DNA of 64,000 bases from Octopus vulgaris (Eukaryota), in contig OX597819.1 of the NCBI GenBank assembly GCA_951406725.2, positions 5,456,001-5,520,000 of the forward strand, in the 5' to 3' direction. Made by a program: the position numbers and the translations under genes. The notes beneath the pieces are model-generated. The model saw only the letters and a program-made list of their open reading frames with translations. It did no database searches and had not been told where the DNA came from. Below, in pieces: positions 38,982 to 52,265 of this stretch (positions are counted from its first letter, which is position 1; every line of letters starts with the position of its first letter).

Positions 38982-39959
38982 TATATATATGATCTATAAT
39001 CGGACTGAGAATTAATTTACCACTTTAAGATTTTGTTCATGACAGAGTTAATTCAAAACATCAGGTTATTTGAGAAACGAGATTTATGAAACGTAATGTC
39101 AAACTTGGTATAGTATTGTATAGATGGATTTTTAAACCACATCCTCAGACCATCAAAGACTCCAAAACAAACAAAATTAAAAGGCATAAATGTAGTCCAT
39201 TAACTGATAGAGTACTTGATATGACTGAAAAAGTTGCTTTCTGGGAGTACCGGATTAGGTATTGTCATAAAATTAACCATATTTTAGAATCCTTTGGATA
39301 AAAGTTATATGCTAACTTATGATACGCTGCAAAAATTCCTATGGATGACATCATTAAGAAAAAAGTACGGCACTACAAGCAACATTTAGACTTGTATGGA
39401 GTGGCATTTGTAGAACTGGATAACCGTGGTGGAAATAAGGATGAGTTCTTCAGAATTTGTTTTCTTCATTTGCTCAAGCGCTAAATTCTGAGAAATTCTC
39501 AATCCCTGCACCAAGTCACATTTCTTGGCATCCATTATGGAAACAAGTCGAACTAAAGATCTAACTGGAGATGAGTAATTAGTGGCACCGAATAAGCTAA
39601 TTATCAGTGATTACCGAAGGCAGGGAACTGGCAGAAACGTTAGCACGCCAGATAAAATGCTTAGCGGCATTTCTTTCGGCTTTACATTCTGAGTTCAAAG
39701 TCCGTGGAGGTCAGCTTTGCCTTTCAACCTTTCGCGTTCGATGAAATAAGTACCCTGGGCCGATGCAATTGATTATATTCTTCCCCCCAAATTTCAGGTT
39801 TTGTGTGTAATATAAAACGGATTATTAATGGTTGCCAAGCATTGATTCATACACTGTCTGGAAGACAGTCCGGAGTAAGTTTATTGGTGAATATTTAATG
39901 AGTTTTCTCTCGAAGGATCCATCAGGATTTGATTTACCTGGCATCAGCATCATACATTA

Positions 39960-40245
39960 AAATCCAAATGTAACCCTCTTTAACAAATGCAGTTATTAAG
40001 GAGTTGTTTCAATATCTTTTAGCGAAACAGTGATACAGTTCCAACATGATGAACATCGGATGATGTTATACAGCGTAGAAAATGGTATTCCAAATAAAAC
40101 GATACCATCACGTGGAGGGAGATTCCTGTTTTTTGGTACACCTTCATGCTCTTTCATAATCATCAATTGGGATGCTCTTTCAACGTCATCAACAGGTGAA
40201 ACAGACGTTGTAGTAATACTTCTGAGTAATTTTCACTTGTCATCA
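39960..40245 (+). pseudogene. Degraded nuclease-like ORF of an unclassified DNA-transposon type
   Basis: Across frames: KELFQYLLA, HVEGDSCFLVH, GETDVVVILL, resembling the NKxELFxFL / HEEADTRxxxH / DTDVxVxL motif series. Confidence 0.4.
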
Positions 40246-40324
40246 CTGTAAACTCAAAAGTAGAAATCTGGATTTCATTCAAACTGGAAAAAAAGTATCA
40301 AAACAGCACCTTATATATACTATT

Positions 40325-40761
40325 CACGTGATCACGTGACCGACCAGACCATCAGATGTTGTTACACATCGCTGGTCACAATGCGTTCGCATTGTTTAGC
40401 CTTCGAATGACGCCACCCCGCTGGCTAAGCGAGCTGGCCAACAGAAGNNNNNNNNNNNNNNNNNNNNNNNNNNNNNNNNNNNNNNNNNNNNNNNNNNNNN
40501 NNNNNNNNNNNNNNNNNNNNNNNNNNNNNNNNNNNNNNNNNNNNNNNTCGAATGACGCCACCCCGCTGGCTAAGCGAGCTGGCCAACAGAAGAAAGAGTG
40601 GGAGAAAGAGTGGTGAAAGAGTACAGCAGGGATCACCACCATCCCCTGCCGGAGCCTCGTGGAGCTTTTAGGTGTTTTCGCTCAATAAACACTCACAACG
40701 CCCGGTCTGGGAATCGAAACCGCGAGTCCGCTGCCCTAACCACTAGGCCATTGCGCCTCCA
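40325..40761 (-). mobile_element. SINE A-prime: family-A head with a different 3' tail (spans the assembly gap)
   Basis: About 40600-40761 matches family A; about 40325-40590 matches 11097-11210 instead. Confidence 0.8.
40448..40547. other. 100-N assembly gap
   Basis: Flanks overlap by 45 bp (40403-40447 = 40548-40592), so probably no sequence is missing. Confidence 0.95.
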
Positions 40762-41153
40762 CATATATACTATTACAAATCTCTATTTGGAGGCAAATGA
40801 CACTAAATATGTTCAAATCGGATGACCAAGTCAAATGTTGTTAGGATGGTGTCTCTTTCCTCGAAAACGTAAGCTCGATCTCATCGAGGTCCCACATGCT
40901 TTCTATTGAAATAATCATTACTGATTTAGGCTGAGGGTGTAGGTTAAGCTCTTACCATTAATGTGATATCAAAAAGGGAACTTTTACATCAATTCAAACT
41001 GATTTTGCAGGTTCATTCCTACTATTTTCTCGTATAGTTGTATTTAAGGTTGTTTGTGCAATGACAGTCAACTCTACATCAGTAACACTGAATATGTTAC
41101 TTACTCACTATTATAAGCACGCATAAATGCGCACGCACGCATAAATGCGCACG

Positions 41154-41234
<81 letters not shown>

Positions 41235-41863
41235 ACGAATAAAAAGGCATCTGCTAGAAATAGTAGTATAATTTCCTTTATATCATGCTCTGCAGTCTTA
41301 AAGAAAAGAAGGGTGCTCTGGATGATATAGTCTAGTCATTAAATACACACACAGAAAAGCAACAGAACAAGTGAAGCTGTTTGCTCTTGTCACATTTTCG
41401 TGTCTGATTTGCAAATTCCTCCTCACTGTAGAGTTCACGAGACATCAAATTAGTGGATAATGTTCCGTGTCTCTTTACCTTACCCCTTCATCACCACGTT
41501 CCTTGTGGATAAAATTTGATGGTTAAAGGTTATGTTTGCTAACATCTACTTTTTCTGGATGTTTTAGGATATATATGTATAATAGCCTAGTATTACCTTT
41601 AACCTTTGTGAAAGTTTTGAGCCAAATTACCTTGTATAGAAACAATTTTGGGGTTTCTCTATTGTAGCAACTTTTGTCGGTTTATGCGTTTTGTGTCATT
41701 ATGCGTGGCCTGTGTATATCTATGTGTTAGAAGATGGCAGTCAAATGTGTGCTTCCTACTGTAAAGTAAAAATATCAAATGAGTAAGCCCCTTTCAGCTT
41801 ACCCTTCTTTCTTCACTATATATATATATAGATAAACCACACATATACGCATATATATATATC

Positions 41864-42236
41864 GGCGCAGGAGTGGCTGTGTGGTAAGTAGCTTGCCAAC
41901 CAACCACATGGTTCCGGGTTCAGTCCCACTGCGTGGCATCTTGGGCAAGTGTCTTCTGCTATAGCCCCGGGCCGACCAATGCCTTGTGAGTGGATTTGGT
42001 AGACGGAAACTGAAAGAAGCATGTCGTATATATATATATATATGTGTGTTTGTGTGTCTGTGTTTGTCCCCTCAACATCGCTTGACAACCGATGCTGGTG
42101 TGTTTACGTCCCCGTAACTTAGCGGTTCGGCAAAAGAAACCGATAGAATAAGTCCCGGGGTCGATTTGTTCGACTAATGGCGGTGCTCCAACATGGCCGC
42201 AGTCAAATGACAAACAAGTAAAAGAGTAAAATGAGT
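41864..42236 (+). mobile_element. SINE family B
   Basis: Head to tail with a small internal deletion. Confidence 0.9.
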
Positions 42237-42548
42237 ATATATATGTATGTATGTATGTATTATATACATACACACACATATATATATATATATGTATATA
42301 TGTAGGTATAAATTAGAGGTGTTTAAAACCTCTAAGGGATGGTCAAATCCAAAGGCATTCCTGGTGATTACCTGTGTAGGTACAGATCTTGGTAAAAAGT
42401 ATACGGTAGCAGGTAATTCAGCGAGTAAACCGTAATTTAAATTATATGCAAGAAGAAAATGGAAGAAAAATAACAGGAAGAAGTTGGTCGTCGGCGCTAG
42501 TAAGCCATTAATTTAATTAATTAATAAAGAAAAGTGGTAGGAATAGTA

Positions 42549-42600
42549 CATTTACGATCGTTTCTGTTTACCAGTTGCAGTGGTAGACATCATCAGAATG
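42549..42600 (-). ncRNA. Canonical type-I hammerhead ribozyme motif
   Basis: CATT-CTGATGA-TGTcTACCA-ctgcaac-TGGTAaACA-GAAA-CGATCG-TA-AATG. Confidence 0.85.
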
Positions 42601-42645
42601 CATAGTCATATGTAGAGGTACGAAGAGCGAGAGACAAAGGAATCT

Positions 42646-43031
42646 TGGAAGCACTCCGTCGGTTACGACGACGAGGGTTCCGGTTGATCCGAATCAACGG
42701 AACAGCCTGCTCGTGAAATTAACGTGTAAGTGGCTGAGCACTCCACAGACACGTGCACCCTTAACGTAGTTCTCGGGGATATTCAGCGTGACACAGAGAG
42801 TGACAAGGCCGGCCCTTTGAAATACAGGTACAACAGAAACAGGAAGTAAGAGTGAGAGAAAGTTGTGGTGAAAGAGTACAGCAGGGATCACCACCATCCC
42901 CTGCCGGAGTCTCGTGGAGCTTTTAGGTGTTTTCGCTCAATAAACACTCACAACGCCCGGTCTGGGAATCGAAACCGCGATCCTATGACCGCGAGTCCAC
43001 TGCCCTAACCACTGGGCCATTGCGCCTCCAC
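42646..43031 (-). mobile_element. SINE family A, full length
   Basis: TSD AGACAAAGGAAT at 42632-42643 and 43034-43045. Confidence 0.95.
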
Positions 43032-43407
43032 GAAGACAAAGGAATACATTGGTAACGAGAATAAAGACAAAGAATGGTGAGTCTTATATTATTGTAGGTT
43101 TCTTAGTTGATAATTCTGCAGCGAAGTGGATGTAGGATGGAGGTTATTTTGATCTGTAGTCCCAAGTTTAAGTAAGCGCATATTTTCCACGTGTTGATTG
43201 TGGCTAGACTTTTCACCAGCGGTGGAAAGTCTAGCCAGAATAAACACGTGGATTAAACACCTTTATAGAGATTCCTTAAAGCAATCAATGCATCGTGTCT
43301 TGTTACATGAATCTATTCGATATTTCTACGTCACGAAATTTACAAGGTCTCTTGATGGCTGAGATTGCTTCACAGTTGGACTGGTAATCAAAATCGTTTG
43401 TTCTAAA

Positions 43408-43705
43408 TCTTTATATATAAAAGAGAGCTTATGTGCTGTCTGTCTCCTACGATTTAGATTCCTAACTACTCCCACATTTTGCGGTGCAGTTTAACCAAAA
43501 CCGGGTATCTTATAGTCGTGATTCATATCAAGCCCTTCTGGGTATTAGCGCGCGTCTACGATGAGTCTACGATTAAAAAAAAAATTACCATAATTTTTTT
43601 TCCCTTTTTAATGCATTTTTTTGCTATTTTTGGGCTATAACTCTCTAAAATGCTTATATAGTTATTTCCCTTACAAACCCGAGCAACGCCGGGCGATACT
43701 GCTAG
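43408..43705 (+). mobile_element. Non-autonomous Helitron
   Basis: A|TC start, CCCGAGCAACGCCGGG hairpin, CTAG|T end, no TSD. Confidence 0.9.
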
Positions 43706-43860
43706 TAGTTTTCTAAAATAAAGACATGAAATATTTAAGCATAAAAACAGATCTTAGCAAGGTTTCCTATCACAATTTATTGTATTGCAATATGGATAGA
43801 CTGATTTAATACACACATACATTCACACATTCTAAATTCATTGAAAGTAAAAGTATTCTA

Positions 43861-44494
43861 TACGAGGGGGTGCTGAAAAGTTCCTGGCTTTGAATAAATC
43901 TATATATATAAAAGTGAGGTTGTGTGCTGTCTGTCTCCTACGATTTAGATTCCTAACTACTCCCACATTTTGCGGTGCAGTTTAACCAAAAGCGGGTATC
44001 TTATAGTCGTGATTCATATCGAGCCCTTCTGGGTATTAGCGCGCGTCTACGATGAGTCTACGATTAAAAAAAAATTTACCATAATTTTTTCCCATTTTTA
44101 ATGCATTTTTTTGCTATTATATAGGGGAAGTAACTCTCTAAAAATGTATCATTAGATCTCAGAATGTAAAAAGCTACAGTAACACCCCCCCCCCTTTGTG
44201 GTTAGCCATATTGAGATGGCTATTATACTTTACATCTCTAAAAATGCTTATATAGTTATTTCCCTTACAAACCCGAGCAACGCCGGGCGATACTGCTAGT
44301 AAATAAATAAATGAATAAATAAATAAAAGAGGAATAGTTAATTATGATTTTATTCAACATATTTCTCGCTCGGATTCACACACTTGTAGTGGTCCTTCAG
44401 TTTTTCTAAGCCCTGTAAAAAAACTCGGAAGGTTGGATCTCCAACCAGGCCTTTCGCAACACCCTCAAAGCCAGGAACTTTTCAGCACCACATA
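43861..44494. mobile_element. Tc1/mariner-type MITE interrupted by a Helitron
   Basis: TIRs GGTGCTGAAAAGTTCCTGGCTTT / AAAGCCAGGAACTTTTCAGCACC. Confidence 0.8.
43899..44299 (+). mobile_element. Non-autonomous Helitron (longer variant; a third 5' fragment lies at 45242-45300)
   Basis: A|TC ... hairpin ... CTAG|T. Confidence 0.9.
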
Positions 44495-44622
44495 TTAAGT
44501 GCCCGTGTGTATTTGTCCCTCAGTGCATTGATAATATTTTGAAAAGCTATGTCGAAATATGTAAGTCCCTAGCTGTGGTAAATAACTCCAACTGTGTACA
44601 CAAACTATACTTTTTGTTTGCA

Positions 44623-45028
44623 AGCAGGAGTGGCTGTGTGGTAAGTAGCTTGCTAACCAACTACATGGTTCCGGGTTCAGTCCCACTGCGTGGCATCTTG
44701 GGCAAGTGTCTTCTGCTATAGCCCCGGGCCGACCAATGCCTTGTGAGTGGATTTGGTAGACGGAAACTGAAAGAAGCCTGTCGTATATATGTATATATAT
44801 ATGTATATGTGTGTGTGTATATGTTTGTGTGTCTGTGTTTGTCCCCCTTGACAACCGATGCTGGTGTGTTTATGTCCCCGTCACTTAGCGGTTCGGCAAA
44901 AGAGACCGATAGAATAAGTACTGGGCTTACAAAGAATAAGTCCCGGGGTCGATTTGCTCGACTAAAGGCGGTGCTCCAGCATGGCCGCAGTCAAATGACT
45001 GAAACAAGTAAAAGAGTAAAAGAGTAAG
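44623..45028 (+). mobile_element. SINE family B
   Basis: Head to tail. Confidence 0.9.
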
Positions 45029-45357
45029 AGTAAGCATGAAAAAAGTGTAGATGCTCTTGTGAGTAAGTGGAATGCACTTAAGCAGCATGTCCATATGAAA
45101 AGCACGTGGTGGGAATCTTCGTATACCAACAGACTGAATCGTCAGCTGTCTACTTGTAAACATAATCTGTAAAACATATATAGACGACTCTTTATTTTGT
45201 TTGTGCTAAGAAATAAGTGTGTGAGTGTATTGCTGTTTATATCTTTATATATAAAAGTGAGGTTGTGTGCTGTCTGTCTCCTACGATTTAGATTCCTAAC
45301 ACACTCATACAGTCACGCATATATGTACACACACACACATATATGTACATATATGCG

Positions 45358-45408
<51 letters not shown>

Positions 45409-45467
45409 CATATATATACATATATATGCTTATGTATATATATATGCATATGTATATATATATATAT

Positions 45468-45540
<73 letters not shown>

Positions 45541-45795
45541 TATATATGTATATATACATATATATGTATATATATGTATATATACATATGTGTATACATA
45601 TATATGCATAAAAGAGAAAGAAAGAGAGAGAGAGAGAGAGAGAGGGACATGGAAAACGGTGAAGGAGGGAAAAAGGGAATTAGAGAAGGATTGGGTGGGG
45701 TTAAAAGCAGTATAGAGTAGAATCGCACCAAAAAGGTTAAGATAAACTTACTTGGAATGGATGCGTGGCGTTCAATTAAATGATAATATAAATGA

Positions 45796-45863
<68 letters not shown>

Positions 45864-46268
45864 CATTAATTAAAATCTTAGGGTAGCAAGAATATTCATA
45901 GAAAAATTCTTAGCGAGAAACAAAAAATTAGTCAATAGACTATATATTATTCAAAGAAGAATACGTTCAAGAGTGTACGTTCAAACACAAAAGAGATACC
46001 CGAAGAATAGGATATCTGACTCGCTAGAAAGAGCAGTTGTAATTCCGAAACTGATTGGAAAATAACTGGTAACTAAGACATTTTCTATGAATATTCTTGC
46101 TACCCTAAGATTTTAATTAATGATAAAATGTTTTTTGACTAATTCTGGAAGAAAATCGGCAATTTATTTTTTTAGTGCTGAATTCCGCTTCTGCGCTGTA
46201 GATTCGAAAAATGATAGACACGTGGCGGGTTATTTATCGCTCCGTGCCTATGTGTTCGGTCCTGGCAA

Positions 46269-46359
46269 CCTACTGAAGAAGCAGCGCCAGATAAAGGATG
46301 AAGTTATTATTTTTATTTCAGTCTGTATTTAAGTCTGCAGAAACCTTGCAGGGTCTGGG
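46269..46359 (+). ncRNA. Type-I hammerhead ribozyme motif with extended stem II
   Basis: CCTA-CTGAAGA-aGCAG...CTGCa-GAAA-CCTTgcAGGG-TC-TGGG. Confidence 0.7.
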
Positions 46360-46607
46360 ATTAAGGTAAACGTTTTTATTTTTCAATCACTTTCGGAATT
46401 ACAACAATTGGTGGCTTGGAGTTTTAACTGCTCTTTCTAGCGAGTCAGATATCCTATTCTTCGGGTATCTCTTTTGTATATATATATATATATATATATA
46501 TAACGTTTCGATTTAAATTAAAAATTTAACGTGCGTTTTGGGTAATAGTATGCCAAATAGTATCCCTAATAGTATGCCGGCAAAGCACGTTCACAGTTTA
46601 TTTTACC

Positions 46608-46634
46608 TGACGTCATCCATGGTAATTGCGCAAT
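46608..46634. promoter_or_regulatory. Adjacent perfect CRE and C/EBP palindromes
   Basis: TGACGTCA at 46608-46615 and ATTGCGCAAT at 46625-46634 in unique, CpG-containing DNA. Confidence 0.4.
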
Positions 46635-46775
46635 AGTCGCTGGATCTACGTTAGGAATTCCACAGTGCACGCTGAGTATAGTAGAGAGAGGGTGCGGTGT
46701 AGGATGTGTCAAAACGACCGTTGTGGTTAATATAGTTTCCCGTATATTCTATCTTCGGTATCAATTATTTCTACA

Positions 46776-46810
<35 letters not shown>

Positions 46811-47958
46811 ACACATACATATATAAAGTAATGTTTGTTGCCACTTCAACATGGTTCCGTATAAATAAATAAAGATATAATTTGTACTTATACGTATTGT
46901 CACTACGTTGAGAAAAGTTTGCTGATCTATGCCAAATGCAATACATTTAGGAATGAGTGAAGAAAATGCTAAACCTGTAATGATTGGCTTCATAAATGCA
47001 AGGTCATAAACTTAATTGTAGGAGTTTGTCGATTAAATCGACCCAATTATTTAACTGTTTATTTTATCGAACTTGAAGTGATGAAAAGGATAATTGATTC
47101 TGGTAGGATTTTTATCTTAGAGCGCAAAGGAACACATCAAAATACTAGAAGACATTTTTCCCACGCTCTCTAACAATTGTGCCAGTCAAATAATAGTTTC
47201 TTACAGATACAGAGCCACGCATTTTGGGGAAAAGAATCGATGCGTGGGATGAAGGTATCCTTAAACTGGAGACCTGTTCTGGTCTGAAGATAATTTGCAA
47301 CAAAATACACTCTGTTAAATGCCACCAGGAGCCAGATAGTGGCACCAAACCGGCTGAGAGACTACGAGGGGAATGAAAGGTAACATAGCTGTACCAGGGG
47401 AATGAAAGGTAACATAGCTGTTGAGGAGATTCAAACTCAGAACATAAAGGAGAACAACTAAATACGATTGAATGTTTTGGCCGGTAACCTGCCGATTCTG
47501 CCATCTATTGCAAAATACCTCGTTATATCTTCTATCTTCTATCTGGTTCTGTCATTGAATTGCGGTCCCGCGAGGGCACCACCTTGAAGGGATTTAGTTG
47601 AACAAATCGACCCCGGTACTTAAAGTCTGGTACATATTCTATTGGTCTATTTTGTTGAAACGCTATCATAAGGGGACCGTATTCAAATAAACACTGGTTA
47701 AGCTTTTTTAGGATATCAAAATAAACACAAAGACACGCACGCACGTACATACACACAAACAAATTCACACACACTGACACACTCACATACACTCACGCAC
47801 ACATTTACAAAACGGGCTTCCGCACACGGTTTCCGTCTACCACATCCACTTACAAGACTTGGTCGGCGTGGGGCTACAGTAAAAGAAACACCCTCAAAAC
47901 ACATGGTTGCAAAGCGAATTTATGCCTACGCGCGCGCACACACATGCACACCCATCCA

Positions 47959-48024
<66 letters not shown>

Positions 48025-48047
48025 GCTTGCGAGAGAATAGAGAGAGA

Positions 48048-48430
48048 GAAGCACTCAGTCGGTTACGACGAGGAGGGTTCTGTTTGATCCGAATCAACGG
48101 AACAGCCTGCTCGTGAAATTAACGTGTAAGTGGCTGAGCACTCCACAGACACGTGCACCCTTAACGTAGTTCTCGGGGATATTCAGCGTGACACAGAGAG
48201 TGACAAGGCCGGCCCCTTGAAATACAGGTACAACAGAAACAGGAAGTAAGAGTGAGAGAAAGTTGTGGTGAAAGAGTACAGCAGGGATCACCACCAGCCC
48301 CTGCCGGAGCCTCTTGGAGCTTTACGTGTTTTTACTCAATAAACACTCACAACGCCCGGTCTGGGAATCGAAACCGCGATCCTATGACCGCGAGTCCGCT
48401 GCCCTAACCACTGGGCCATTGCGTCTCCAC
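48048..48430 (-). mobile_element. SINE family A, full length
   Basis: TSD CTTGCGAGAGAATA at 48026-48039 and 48432-48445. Confidence 0.95.
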
Positions 48431-48599
48431 ACTTGCGAGAGAATACTTTATTCCAGAAAGTATTGAAGATATTTGGCTGATATTTTTGGCTGATACAATA
48501 TGACCGAACATTCATAATCCGGATGCAGAGCAATAGTTGGTGTTGTAGTAACTCTACATCTTTATGTCTTTCTCCATCTTTTTTCTCTTTCTTGTTGTT

Positions 48600-48842
48600 T
48601 CACCTGATTAACTAGAACACCCGCCCAAAGAAGTCGCGCGACTCTACTGCAAAGTATCACCACATGAAAGGATGAGCCTATATCAGCAGAAGACTATGCA
48701 TGGATATGTTAATAGAAAGCAGTACTGGTGGAATGAGACACGATGTTGTAGCTAGGACACTCTATAAGGAAATCCGCGAAAAGGATAACCCCCGAGGACA
48801 AAGAAATAAGTACCCACAGTATGGTGGAAGCCATAGCCACTC
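48600..48842 (+). pseudogene. R4/Dong-type LINE internal fragment
   Basis: MHGYV and MRHDVVARTLYKEI segments homologous to the 62250-62720 region. Confidence 0.7.
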
Positions 48843-49312
48843 TGCTATGACTCTGCTATAGGAAATTTTAAATTCAGACATAAATTCACCACGAATTCAG
48901 GAGGGTAATCGATGTTGCTCTCGGTTAGTGCGACGATTCGGTGAACGAGTGGAACGCAGGAGGTTTGACGCTCCTCGCATTTCTTGCAGTTGCCGCATCT
49001 CGCTCATTGTCTCAAAAGCCACAAGTGTCTTCACCATAAAATGAACTATTGTAATATTCCGTTGTAAGATGGATTATTATAATAAGGATTACTCATATCA
49101 GGGGGAAAAAAAGCGCAATTTCCAGATTTTCATTGGCATTTCTATTTCCCCCCACTTTATTTAACAGAGTACGTGATAAATACATCTTTTGTTCCGGTTA
49201 TACTTCAGTTTCAACCCTATAAAAATCGCTAGCTAGTCATTTCCTTCCAAACCCAAGTTGTGTTCTTCATCATGTTGCTATTGTACTTGATACTGCAAGA
49301 ACCTGCAAGAAA

Positions 49313-49717
49313 GGCGGCGAGCCGGCAGAAACGTTAGCACGCCGCGCGAAATGCGTAGCCGTATTTCGTCTGCCGTTGCGTTCTGAGTTCAAATTCCGCC
49401 GAGGTCGACTTTGCCTTTCATCCTTTCGGGATCGATAAATTAAGTACCAGTTACGCACTGGGGTCGATGTAATCGACTTAATCCGTTTGTCTGTCCTTGT
49501 TTGTCCCCTCTGTGTTTAGCCCCTTGTGGGTAGTAAAGAAATAGGTATTTCGTCTGCCGTTGCGTTCTGAGTTCAAATTCCGCCGAGGTCGACTTTACCT
49601 TTCATCCTTTCGGGGTCGATAAATTAAGTACCAGTTACGCACTGGGGTCGATGTAATCGACTTAATCTCCTTGTTTGTCTCCTCTGTGTTTAGCCCCTTG
49701 TGACCAATAAAGAAATA
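49313..49717 (+). mobile_element. SINE family C, dimeric form
   Basis: Same dimer junction (AAAGAAATAGGTATTTCGTCTG) as the copy at 38567. Confidence 0.9.
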
Positions 49718-50194
49718 AGAACTTGTTTCTATCTTGTATTGAAGAAATCTGGAAAAATAATTAATCGTTTGAATATTTACCAAATGACCTGCCTGTCCGT
49801 CATTTTTGGATCATTTGCCATAATTTTGATATAAGGTCATCAAGTTTCTTTGCGTTATGAGCAAGCAAAGGTCGTTAAGAATTTAGGTCATCTGTTTAGA
49901 GACTTCCTGTCATCCAGAAAATCTGTGACTCACTCAGTAAATTTCCAGATACGGTTTTGCAAGCCTGCATGTATGGAAGTCTGCTTATATAAACAAACTA
50001 GCATTCAATATTTGCATTGTAGTCGAACTTAGACGTTTACTGTCTATGAACTCATATATACTTCTTGTACCGCTCACGTTTTTTTCTCAGAATCATTATT
50101 GCTGAAGTACAACTTCAGATTCCCCCAAAAGTATTTATGAACAATTGTGTGTTTTGTATGTATGTGTGTGTGTGTGTGTTTGTGTGTGTGTGTA

Positions 50195-50241
<47 letters not shown>

Positions 50242-50443
50242 GAGTGAGAGAGAAAGGGAGAGAGGGAGAGAGAGCGGATGTGTGGCGTGAACGCGTGCTT
50301 GTGTGCACCCACACACATAAACATATCTACGTTCAAGGACATTCCTATTGAAACTGTCGACGGGAGGTACACACACACTCACACACACAGACACACACAG
50401 ACACACACACACACACACGCGCGCGCGCACACATACGCACACA

Positions 50444-50553
<110 letters not shown>

Positions 50554-51243
50554 ATTTAAGAATTTAAAAACCACTTTTGTAATGTTATATATATAGTGCA
50601 AGCAGAATTTGATATAGAACTCAATAGCCCGGGCAGAGTGGAAAGATGTGTGTCTATAGCGTATAGGTTTACTCGAATTTCGCTCTGCGGTAGATCGCAA
50701 TTGCGTGTGCATGAATGTATGCATTATGTACATGCATATACAGTAGATATACATACATGTTCACATGTAGACATACACAAACGCGCTTATACGCGCGTGT
50801 GTGTTGAAATATAAACTTACAAAAAACGGGATGTTATATTAATATTATAAATAATTATTTGGCAAGCACAGCAAAAATACGTTTTTTGATTTACCTATAA
50901 GAACATGTGGACATGTGGACATGTGGACATGTGGACATGTGGACATGTGCCTACATGGCTGTTGATACAAATACAAAAACATTAACTGCATTGATGTTTA
51001 ATTCTTTAAGCTCTTTCAATGCCTTAATAATGCCCTTTCTGAGACTATCCAATAGATGACCGTTCACATCGTGTGAAATTAACGGGGTGTACTTTGTACA
51101 AAGCCAAAATGTGTGAGAGCTTCAGATTTAATATAACCATTCCAACAAGCTGAAACCTTCATTGTACAAACCCGTAACCAGGTCAAATTGTTCGTCGCCA
51201 TTTGTATATAGTTAGATATATACACATAATTACACACACACAC

Positions 51244-51343
<100 letters not shown>

Positions 51344-51348
51344 CACAC

Positions 51349-51381
<33 letters not shown>

Positions 51382-51390
51382 TATATATAT

Positions 51391-51421
<31 letters not shown>

Positions 51422-52037
51422 CACACGCATATATATATATATATATATACACCCACCCACATATAATGTATGCACACGCATATATGTGCATATTTCTACA
51501 GGGTAGATATTCACGCATATACATGCGATGCTTTGTGCGTGTTTATACAAGCTCTCCAGAAAATAGTTACACTACCAGGCGTGCATAATACTGATTTCAA
51601 AATCACTAATAGGGATATAATTTTTACCAAATTTCGAGGTATTAAGAAGGTGGGAAGGTTATAATTCCAACATTTGAAACAAGGTGAATTCGTTGTTATA
51701 TCTATGTTTTTATATTTATTGTCTAGTAGGTTGAACCAATTGATTAGAAAGGAACTATTTTCCTTGTAAATTATCCCGCATTACTTGCTGAAAGGGTACT
51801 GCCTCTTCAAAGCCTTTGTGAACTGGCACTCTGTCGAGAAAACCCTGGCAGTCCACTGGCAATCCACCCTCGCTGTCGCAATATCTTTTTGCGCTGTGGA
51901 GTGAAGATAATAGAAGCGAAGATTGTGTAAATCTGATCTCTGCAATCTATCACAATCTAATATAATTCACACAGACGAAATGTTGCTGGAAACTGCTTTT
52001 AGATCGGAAGCGTTGAAGGAAATACTGGACATGTATA

Positions 52038-52207
52038 GGAGTAGGAGTGGTTGTGTGGTAAGTAGCTTGCTTATGAACCACATGGTTCTGAGTTCAATCC
52101 AACTGCGTGGCACCTTGGGCAAGTGTCTTCTACTAGAGCCTCAGGCCGACCAAAGCCTTGTGAGTGGATTTGGTAGATGGAAACTGAAAGAAGCCTGTCA
52201 TATATAT

Positions 52208-52265
<58 letters not shown>

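Noticed and set aside
40403-40592. 45-bp direct repeat flanking the N-run
   Set aside because: Contig overlap across a scaffold gap, not biology
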